Below, piece by piece: positions 36,901-43,855 of a DNA stretch of 64,000 nt. The stretch is from Fibrobacteria bacterium. GTDB taxonomy: Bacteria > Fibrobacterota > Fibrobacteria > UBA11236 > JADFYW01. How positions within the stretch are numbered: position 1 is the first letter of the stretch; the number at the start of each line of letters is the position of its first letter. The notes beneath the pieces were generated by a model. The model had not been told where the DNA came from, did not search any database, and saw only the letters and a program-made list of their open reading frames with translations. The stretch spans positions 1,201,639 through 1,265,638 of the forward strand of contig OZ253440.1 in NCBI GenBank assembly GCA_965261055.1, in the 5' to 3' direction. Made by a program: the position numbers and the translations under genes.

Positions 36901-38705
36901 ACATTTGGATTACTTGATGACCAGCTTACTGCATCCGAGGCTCCACCTTCCGTTATAACTGTGGCTGTTAACTGCTGACTTTGAGGAACCACTAGAGATA
37001 GAGTGAAAGGAGAAACTGATAATCCACTAACCCGAGGGGGTAAAGTCACTGTAACTATGGATGTAGATGTTTTGGTAGGATCAAACACAGATGTAACTGT
37101 AATAATCGCTGTTCCTGCTCCTATTGCAGTTAGAATCCCATTGTTTGTAACTACAACTATACTTGTATCACTTGATGACCAACTTACTGCATCTGATGCT
37201 CCACCTTCAGTTATAACCGTGGCTGTTAACTGCTGACTTTGAGAAACCACTAGAGATAGAATGGAAGGAGAAACTGATAGTGGAATAACCTGAGGTGATA
37301 AGGTCACTGTAACTATGGATGTAGATGTTTTGGTAGGATCAAACACAGATGCAACTGTAATAGTTGATGTTCCCACTCCCATTGCAGTTAAAATCCCATT
37401 GTTTGTAACTGTAGCTACACTTGGATCACTTGATGACCAACTTACTGCATCTGATGCTCCACCTTCAGTTGCAACCGCGGCAATTAACAGATAATTTTGG
37501 TTGACCATTAGAGATAGAACGAGAGGAGAAACTGATAATGAACCAATTAATGGTGGTAATACAACGACAATCGTTGCTTGAGAAAATTTAAAAGCATCAG
37601 CTTTAGACTTTGCCAAAATGACTGTAGTTCCTAGAGACCTAGCCGTTACCAATCCATTTGGACTCACTGTTGCGATTAATTCATTATTTGAAAGCCATAA
37701 TATCTCTTTTGAGGCTCCTTCTTCAGCATTGATAACTACATTTAATTGCACTACTGAATCAACCTCAACCCTAAACTCTGGAGAAGTAATCAACAAAGAA
37801 AATACTTGTGGAGATCGAATGGCTGTCATTATTTCTTCTGCTTTTACTTTGATTACAGTTGAAATAGTTTTACTGAAATCAAAGTCTGATGTGGTTGTAA
37901 TAGTAACTATTCCTTCAGCAATGCCTGTAACGACCCCTTCGTTATTAACTGTGGCTATATTAGGATCACTTGATTCCCACAATACACGCCTAGAGGCTCC
38001 TCCTTGAGTCACAATTGTTGCTTCTAGCTGTACACTAGAATCAACCATTACTACAGAATCTAATGATGAAATTTGTAAAGAAAAAACCGATGGTTGATTT
38101 GTTAACTCCGTAGTTACATTGATCGTTAACGAAGCTGACTTTGTTGAATCAACAGTAGAAGTTGCTATAATCACAGCCGCACCTTCATTGATTCCTAACG
38201 CAACTCCATTAGCATTAACTATAATAGAAGAATTGCTTGATGACCATCTTAAAGCATCCGAGGCTCCTCCCCGAACATAAACCCGACTGACAAGATTCAG
38301 TGCGTCACCCACTCCTATGTTTGATACTTCTGATAAGATCTTTACGGAATCAACAGACGGAACATCTTCTGTCTGTTCAATCACTTCAATATTTAAACTA
38401 ACAAATTTTGTTTCGTCAACAACTGACGATATGGTAATCGTAGCCTCACCTACAGCAATACCTATCACCAATCCTTCATCACTCACTTTAGATATAGTTG
38501 AATCACTAGACTTCCATTTTAGAAAATCTGAAATACCTTCTTTAACCACTGCTCTAGCCTCCAACTGTAGGGTAGAGCCGACTTCCACACTAGTGTCTTT
38601 CGAAATAGACTCAACATATACGACACCTGAGGAGTCTGCAACAGATGAATCCCCTCCGCAATACGTTAGTAATAATGAAATAAACAGTAAAATAAATCTT
38701 TTCAC
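33951..38705 (-). CDS. giant Big_2 repeat surface lipoprotein (1584 aa), intact unit-2 copy
   Basis: Signal plus lipobox MKRFILLFISLLLTYC-GGDSS. A non-repeat N-terminal ~400 aa of divergent Ig-like modules, then at least 12 near-identical 86-aa Ser/Thr-rich Big_2 repeats, then a C-terminal Ig-like module. Confidence 0.75.
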   Translation of the reverse strand: MKRFILLFISLLLTYCGGDSSVADSSGVVYVESISKDTSVEVGSTLQLEARAVVKEGISDFLKWKSSDSTISKVSDEGLVIGIAVGEATITISSVVDETKFVSLNIEVIEQTEDVPSVDSVKILSEVSNIGVGDALNLVSRVYVRGGASDALRWSSSNSSIIVNANGVALGINEGAAVIIATSTVDSTKSASLTINVTTELTNQPSVFSLQISSLDSVVMVDSSVQLEATIVTQGGASRRVLWESSDPNIATVNNEGVVTGIAEGIVTITTTSDFDFSKTISTVIKVKAEEIMTAIRSPQVFSLLITSPEFRVEVDSVVQLNVVINAEEGASKEILWLSNNELIATVSPNGLVTARSLGTTVILAKSKADAFKFSQATIVVVLPPLIGSLSVSPLVLSLMVNQNYLLIAAVATEGGASDAVSWSSSDPSVATVTNNGILTAMGVGTSTITVASVFDPTKTSTSIVTVTLSPQVIPLSVSPSILSLVVSQSQQLTATVITEGGASDAVSWSSSDTSIVVVTNNGILTAIGAGTAIITVTSVFDPTKTSTSIVTVTLPPRVSGLSVSPFTLSLVVPQSQQLTATVITEGGASDAVSWSSSNPNVATVTTTGLVTTIGAGTSTITVTSVFDGTKTTTSVVTVTLSPRVSGLSVSPPTLSLRVNENQQLTANVVTEGGASDAVSWSSSDPNVATVTTTGIVTTIGAGTSTITVTSVFDGTKTTTSVVTVTLPPRVSGLSVSPPTLSLRVNENQQLTANVVTEGGASDAVSWSSSDPNVATVTTTGILTAIGAGTSTITVTSVFDGTKTSTSVVTVTLSPQVIPLSVSPSILSLVVSQSQQLTAMVVTEGGASDAVSWSSSDPNVATVTTTGLVTAIGAGTSTITVTSVFDGTKTATSVVTVTLAPRVSGLSVSPFTLSLVIPQSQQLTAMVVTEGGASDAVSWSSSNPSVATVTTTGLITARSAGTSTITVTSVFDGTKTSTSVVTVTLPPRVSGLLVSPPTLSLRVNESQQLTANVVTEGGASDAVSWSSSNPSVATVTTTGLVTTIGAGTSTITVSSVFDGTKTSISVVTVTLPPRVTSLSVSPSILSLVIPQSQQLTAMVVTEGGASDAVSWSSSNPSVATVTTTGLLTAIGAGTSTITVSSVFDGTKTSTSVVTVTLPPRVSGLSVSPFTLSLVIPQSQQLTAMVVTEGGASDAVSWSSSNPSVATVTTTGLLTAIGAGTSTITVTSVFDGTKTSTSVVTVTLPPRVSGLSVSPFTLSLVVSQSQQLTANVVTEGGASDAVSWSSSNPSVATVTTTGLVTTIGVGTAIITVTSVFDGTKTSTSTITVTLPPKVISVSMPSSIILAVNDQQLTAMVVTEGGASDAVSWSSSDTSVVTVTTTGLITARSAGTAIITVTSVFDGTKTATSLIAVTLTPEVTAVSVSPAQLTLKATRTGNLTVTVATEDGASDAVTWSSNDPSVATVDNNGLVTGIAEGTTAIVVRSSFNVTKLASVEILITAPPRITRFDINSVGTSHAIGATIQFAMSIIADSGVSQDVIWSLSDSTKATIDNNGLLRTVSAGLVRVTATSIFDSTKTSGFGFFIR
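34420..37530 (-). repeat. 258-bp tandem Big_2 repeat array (about 12 copies)
   Basis: Antisense 77-aa ORFs at 34681, 34939, 35197, 35455, 35713, 35971, 36487, 36745 and 37003 (spacing exactly 258). Units are about 95% identical. Confidence 0.85.
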
Positions 38706-38744
38706 ACATCCTCCTATTTCCTATGAATAGATAGTTAAAGAAAC

Positions 38745-38780
38745 GCAGGAATGTATAAAATATTCTAAACCATGTCAAGT
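38745..38780 (-). promoter_or_regulatory. sigma70-like promoter for the unit-2 Big_2 gene (duplicate of 32675-32710)
   Basis: Identical aCTTGACAtggtttagaatatttta block at 38773-38778. Confidence 0.5.
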
Positions 38781-38820
38781 AAAAACAACTTAACATTATA
38801 AAATTAATCTCCTTATATAC

Positions 38821-39330
38821 CCTGCTTGAGCTTATTTTTTCCTTTAAAATTCGTCGTATCTGTTCTAAACCTGTTCAACAGACGGATCAAAATCAAAACA
38901 ATCTATACAAACGCTTTAGATTTTAGAAAATCCCTTAACGATTCCATTCCTTTCTTCTTTGGCATCTTTGTTTAAGCCAATACAGGCTACTTTATCATTG
39001 TTTTCTGCTAATTTTTGTAATAATTCCATCCATTTATTTTCGCTCCAATTTAGTACTGTTCCAAAAGAGCAATCCCTAGGATGAAACCAAAATCAGAAGC
39101 GAAATCAAAATAAAGCCCTTCCTGCCCTTGGCGACAACAAATAATCATTTTAGACTAGTTAGTACTTATTTCCCTAAGAAAACCTTGCTAATGAGAAAGT
39201 TCTCACCCAAACTCTCCTACCCACAAACCCGTGAAAAGAATCTTTTTCTATTAGGAATCCTCAAAAAATAGAAAGAAACCACCATTTAAAGTAATTCCGA
39301 TTTAAAAATTAAATTCTATTTTCAACATCT
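38821..39330 (-). pseudogene. degraded GT9 glycosyltransferase remnant (unit-2 copy)
   Basis: About 510 bp alignable in pieces to 32762-33650 of the intact GT9 gene, with internal deletions of 140-200 bp. No ORF over 60 aa. Confidence 0.65.
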
Positions 39331-39369
39331 AAAAGAACTATTCTATCTCAACTTGTTAAGTGCACTCCA

Positions 39370-39996
39370 TCACAGATTAGGATGTAAACCACATTCTCTT
39401 TTTTCTAAAACTTTTGTTGGGTCAAAATAGTTTTTTTCAATTGGTAAATTATTGTCCTTTATATAATCTTCTAGTTCTTGTTCATTCCATTCCAAAATTG
39501 GGCAAACTTTCAATATTCCATCTTTTGTTTGCGAAACAATTTCCATATTATTTCTAAAATCAGTTTGATCTTTTCTTAAAGCCGTAATCCAAACTTTTGG
39601 TTTTAATTCTTGAAGACCTCGACGAAATGGTTCTAATTTAACTTCTTTTGTAAAAGCATCATGTTGTTCTTTATCATCTAAACTAGGAACACCTCCGTAT
39701 AATGCATCCCTAAAAGCAACTGTTCTTTGTGGAGTAAAGATTTTAATATTTAACTTTAAAGCTTGAATTAAATCAATTGCAAATTTGTATGTTGCTGGTG
39801 TCCCATAACCCATATCCGCCCATAAAACAGGAATATTCGGAGATTGATCCGTCACAAGCTTTAAAATACCTGCTTCATAAGGGTTAAAATTAGTTGAAAC
39901 GATTGTACGATCTAGATCACCTTCTTTAATGGCCCAAGAAATAATTTCTTGAGGACAGGATTTTTGTAATTTTTCGTTTATTTCTTGTAAATTCAT
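39370..39996 (-). CDS. cysH: phosphoadenosine phosphosulfate (PAPS/APS) reductase, CysH family (probable start MNLQE; ORF caller extends to 40077)
   Basis: PAPS_reduct core (ILKLVTDQSPNIPVLWADMGYGTPATYKF) and the C-terminal KRECGLH motif. The 27-aa hydrophobic N-terminal extension to 40077 is atypical for CysH. No cysDN or cysIJ nearby. Confidence 0.7.
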   Translation of the reverse strand: MNLQEINEKLQKSCPQEIISWAIKEGDLDRTIVSTNFNPYEAGILKLVTDQSPNIPVLWADMGYGTPATYKFAIDLIQALKLNIKIFTPQRTVAFRDALYGGVPSLDDKEQHDAFTKEVKLEPFRRGLQELKPKVWITALRKDQTDFRNNMEIVSQTKDGILKVCPILEWNEQELEDYIKDNNLPIEKNYFDPTKVLEKRECGLHPNL

Positions 39997-40150
39997 ATTG
40001 ATTTTTATTAAACAATTAAAACTAAAGATAAAAAATATTATCAAAATTTGAGAACTAGACTTTTTAACCTTTTTCAATTAAAACTATTATTTAATGGAGC
40101 TAAAACTGAAAAAATATTAAATTTTGACTTTCTTTATTAAGGAATAAATT

Positions 40151-41752
40151 ATGACTTTTATGTATCATCCTGTCCTAAAAATAAAACAAGATACAACTTC
40201 TTACCGCCTTCTTAGTCAAGATTTTATTTCAATCAAAGAAATAGAAGGGAAAGAGTTTCTAATTATTAAAAAAGAAGCTCTAACACTACTTGCCGAGAAT
40301 GCACTAAAGGATGTGTCTTTTTACTTGCGAACCAAACACCTTCAAAGCCTAGAAAAAATTGTGACCGACCCTGAGTCTTCTGATAATGATCGATTTGTAG
40401 CAATCAACCTTTTAAAAAATGCCGTCATCGCTAAAGATGGAGTTTTACCTGGCTGCCAAGATACTGGAACAGCAATTATTTTGGGTAAAAAAGGCCAAAA
40501 TGTTTGGACCTCAGGCGACGACAAACAAACCCTTTCTCAAGGAGTCTATCAAGCTTACAAAAACAATAATTTACGATATTCTCAAATCTTTCCTCTCTCT
40601 ATGTTTGAAGAAAGAAACACAGGGACTAACTTACCCGCTCAAATTGATCTTTATGCAGAACAAGGTAATGAATACCATTTTTTGTTCCTAGCCAAAGGTG
40701 GTGGATCGGCCAATAAAACTTTTTTATATCAACAAACAAAATCCCTTCTCAATGAAGACTCTTTAACAAAATTTATACAATCTCATATCACTGATTTAGG
40801 AACATCTGCTTGCCCTCCATATCACTTGGCCTTAGTCATTGGAGGAACATCTGCCGAAGACACTCTAAAAACAGTTAAACTTGCTAGTGCTGGATATTTA
40901 GACCATCTTCCATTTCAACCAGGAAACAATTCTCTTGGTTATAGAGATTTAGAATGGGAAACCAAAGTAGAAGAAATTGCACAACAAACTGATATCGGAG
41001 CTCAATTTGGAGGCAAACACTTAGTACACGATGTTAGAGTTATTCGTTTGCCTAGGCATGCAGCATCTTGTCCAGTAGGGTTAGGTGTTAGTTGTAGTGC
41101 CGATAGAAATATTAAAGGAAAAATAACCAAAGATGGCATTTTTTTAGAACAGCTAGAAACCAACCCTGAACAATATTTATCAAAAGCGAAGCTACCAATC
41201 AAACCTCCCGTAACAATAAACCTAGACCGACCAATGTCTAATATTCTAAAAGAACTTTCTCAACATCCTATCCGCACAAGACTTCTTCTATCCGGTACTT
41301 TAATTGTTGCAAGAGATGCTGCCCACGCTAAAATTCAAGAACTTTTAAACGAGGGCAAACCAATGCCCGAATATTTTTGCAACCACCCTATCTATTACGC
41401 TGGTCCAGCAAAAACTCCAAAAGGAATGGCTTCAGGTAGTTTTGGTCCAACCACAGCAGGAAGAATGGATAGCTATGTTGATTCATTTATGCAACAGCAA
41501 GGTAGTATGATTATGTTGGCCAAAGGAAACCGTTCTCAGCAAGTACAAAATGCCTGTCAAAAATATGGTGGATTTTATTTAGGCTCCATTGGAGGTCCCG
41601 CTGCAATTTTAGCCAAAGAAAATATTTTGAGTGTTGAACTTATTGCTTTTGAGGAATTAGGTATGGAAGCTATTCGGAAAATCAAAGTTAAAGATTTTCC
41701 AGCTTTCATTATTACTGATAACAAAGGTCATGATTTTTTTGCAGAATTATAA
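40151..41752 (+). CDS. fumA: class I fumarate hydratase (FumA/FumB-type, single polypeptide)
   Basis: 533 aa, collinear with E. coli FumA. Motifs [72 protein letters not shown] and [13 protein letters not shown]. Confidence 0.9.
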   Translation: MTFMYHPVLKIKQDTTSYRLLSQDFISIKEIEGKEFLIIKKEALTLLAENALKDVSFYLRTKHLQSLEKIVTDPESSDNDRFVAINLLKNAVIAKDGVLPGCQDTGTAIILGKKGQNVWTSGDDKQTLSQGVYQAYKNNNLRYSQIFPLSMFEERNTGTNLPAQIDLYAEQGNEYHFLFLAKGGGSANKTFLYQQTKSLLNEDSLTKFIQSHITDLGTSACPPYHLALVIGGTSAEDTLKTVKLASAGYLDHLPFQPGNNSLGYRDLEWETKVEEIAQQTDIGAQFGGKHLVHDVRVIRLPRHAASCPVGLGVSCSADRNIKGKITKDGIFLEQLETNPEQYLSKAKLPIKPPVTINLDRPMSNILKELSQHPIRTRLLLSGTLIVARDAAHAKIQELLNEGKPMPEYFCNHPIYYAGPAKTPKGMASGSFGPTTAGRMDSYVDSFMQQQGSMIMLAKGNRSQQVQNACQKYGGFYLGSIGGPAAILAKENILSVELIAFEELGMEAIRKIKVKDFPAFIITDNKGHDFFAEL

Positions 41753-41758
41753 TCACTT

Positions 41759-43840
41759 ATGGATTTTAAAAGCTTGTTTTCAAACTGTACTCAGAAATAT
41801 AAACTTATTATTCTTGATTTTTTAGTCTTCCTTTGGACTTTTGAAATCATTCATACTGTTTTAAGATTTTATGTTTTAATTCGTCCCACTGTATACAACT
41901 CTCCTTTTGTCTCTAAATTTGAATGGTACTTTTTTCATGCCATTGCCATTGATTTTACTTGGCTATTTTATCTACTTCTTGTCTTATTTTTTGTCGCCTC
42001 TTTTTTTCCAAAGAAATATTTAAAAATAAAAACAGTTATTTTTATCTCTCAAATCGTTCTTGTTATTCTATCTCTGCTTGATCATGAAGTTATGCGCCAT
42101 TTAAATTGGCATATGTCTCTTAACCTCTTTAGCACCTATACTAACAGTCCAAGTCTCAATCAAGTTATTACGAGTTTCCTTAACGACTCCCCTTTCCCTT
42201 TCTCTAGTATTCCAGTTCTAACTTTAGCCATATTTTTATTCTTCAAATTACCTAAAATAGTAGAAACAAAAATTAAATTAAATACAACTAAAACCTTAAT
42301 TGTATCTATCCTATTCTTGCTTATTTGTTGGAGTTATCGTAATATTATCTGGAAAGGTGGTTTCAGAGAAGAAAGATTGAAACCTGTCATCCATATTGTT
42401 TATGACGAACTAACTACAACTAAATCTAAAACAAAGGCAAGTTCCTTCGAAAAAGGGAAAGAAGTATTTCAGAAAAATTGGTTCAAAATACAAACAGATT
42501 CTCTGTGGACATTTGCTGATAGTTCCTATGCTTTTGTACGAACACCATTACATGAGCTTTGTCAACAAAAATCTTCTTCTTTCTGCCTGCAAGATAGAGA
42601 TAAAGATGGTTTTCCATTAACAACAGATTGTCATGATTGGGATCCATCAATTAATCCTAATGCAAAGGATGTAGCATCAAATGGAGTGGATGAAGACTGT
42701 AGTGGCATAGATAAAAAACCCTGGAATTTCGCTATATTTTTCTTGGAAAGTCATCGTGCTCTAAATGCGGGGTTTTTAAAACCATATGGAGCAACAACTG
42801 ATGGAACTCCTTTTTTAAACAAAATCTCCAAACATCCTAATGCTCATATTTGGTCTCGCTTCAGTTTATCAGGAACACCTACAATTGGAGCACTTATGGC
42901 AACACATTTAGGTATTTGGAATCATCCATTCAAACATATTACAACAGGATTTAGTCACTTACATAATCGTAGTTTTGTTAATATTCTCAGAGATAAAGGT
43001 TATCTTACAAACTTTTTTTCGTCACCTGATCCAGCTTGGGACAATCAGATTCCTTGGTTACAAAAATGGTATGGTCGTTATGTCTATGACCGAAGTCGAG
43101 AAAATGATAAAGATATGTATACACATTTAACTCAATGGATGCTTGATTCTTTATCAACAGATAAACCTTTCCTTATTTCTTCTATTACAAAAGTAAATCA
43201 CTTTCCTTTCAATGCAGTTAATGGTATTAAACCTCATACAAGCTCAGAGAGCCATTTACAAAGAATGCTGAAAACCATGGTTTACACTGAAAATGCTTTG
43301 AATGATTTATTTTCAAAAATAAAGAATGAACCATGGTTTAAAAACACAGTTTTCATTTTTGTAGCCGATCACGGATTTTTTCTAGGCGAACGCGGTTTAG
43401 GTGGTCCGTCTGGCGGATTATACTCACCTTTAACTTGGCTCCCATTTCTAATGTTTGGCGATCACCCAGAACTTAAAAAAGCTCACTACAACTTTCCTGG
43501 ATCTCAAATTGACATTGCTCCGACAATTTTAGATTTAGTCGGAATAAAGACAAAAGCACATCTTGCCGGACATAGTCTATTACAACCATCTACTTCCAAG
43601 CAAACCTCTATTTTTATGCACGACAACGCTTCTTTAGAGTTGGACAGTCTCAAGTTCCATTGCAATCACAAAATCAACAACAAAAATGAAATTTATAACA
43701 CAATCAAAGATCCGTTAGAATTAAACAATCTTTGGGATTCATCTATGTCTAGTATATACAAAAAAACATGTGAATCTCTCTTCTCTATTGATTCCTTAAT
43801 TACATATACCTACGAACACAATTTACTGTGGGAAGAATAG
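41759..43840 (+). CDS. LtaS/MdoB-like membrane sulfatase-family protein (phosphoglycerol/phosphoethanolamine-transferase type) with a MopE-like Cys-rich insert
   Basis: Five N-terminal TM segments, then an alkaline-phosphatase/sulfatase domain (NFAIFFLESHRALN…LSGTPTIGALMATHLG…FVADHGFFLGERG). Inserted motif DRDKDGFPLTTDCHDWDPSINPNAKDVASNGVDEDCSGID. Confidence 0.65.
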   Translation: MDFKSLFSNCTQKYKLIILDFLVFLWTFEIIHTVLRFYVLIRPTVYNSPFVSKFEWYFFHAIAIDFTWLFYLLLVLFFVASFFPKKYLKIKTVIFISQIVLVILSLLDHEVMRHLNWHMSLNLFSTYTNSPSLNQVITSFLNDSPFPFSSIPVLTLAIFLFFKLPKIVETKIKLNTTKTLIVSILFLLICWSYRNIIWKGGFREERLKPVIHIVYDELTTTKSKTKASSFEKGKEVFQKNWFKIQTDSLWTFADSSYAFVRTPLHELCQQKSSSFCLQDRDKDGFPLTTDCHDWDPSINPNAKDVASNGVDEDCSGIDKKPWNFAIFFLESHRALNAGFLKPYGATTDGTPFLNKISKHPNAHIWSRFSLSGTPTIGALMATHLGIWNHPFKHITTGFSHLHNRSFVNILRDKGYLTNFFSSPDPAWDNQIPWLQKWYGRYVYDRSRENDKDMYTHLTQWMLDSLSTDKPFLISSITKVNHFPFNAVNGIKPHTSSESHLQRMLKTMVYTENALNDLFSKIKNEPWFKNTVFIFVADHGFFLGERGLGGPSGGLYSPLTWLPFLMFGDHPELKKAHYNFPGSQIDIAPTILDLVGIKTKAHLAGHSLLQPSTSKQTSIFMHDNASLELDSLKFHCNHKINNKNEIYNTIKDPLELNNLWDSSMSSIYKKTCESLFSIDSLITYTYEHNLLWEE

Positions 43841-43855
43841 TATCTTTTATACACA

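Larger units (their letters stand above)
29021..39330 (-). repeat. tandem segmental duplication: two units of [Big_2 lipoprotein gene + upstream GT9 glycosyltransferase gene], with junction scars
   Basis: 29080-29215 matches 33838-33975. The 5' region 32650-32760 matches 38705-38822. GT9 fragments recur at 33640-33840 and 38821-39330. Lipoprotein N-terminal 400 aa and C-terminal 230 aa are about 95% identical between units. Confidence 0.85.

Noticed and set aside
34681-37236. Nine identical-length 77-aa plus-strand ORFs at exact 258-bp spacing (and similar ones at 30176 and 31208)
   Set aside because: They are antisense shadows of the Big_2 repeat array, open only because the repeat lacks stop codons on the opposite strand.
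29021-39330. Possibility that the duplicated region is a mobile element or genomic island
   Set aside because: No transposase, integrase, tRNA target, inverted terminal repeats or target-site duplications were seen. The junctions are gene-internal fusion scars typical of homologous unequal recombination.
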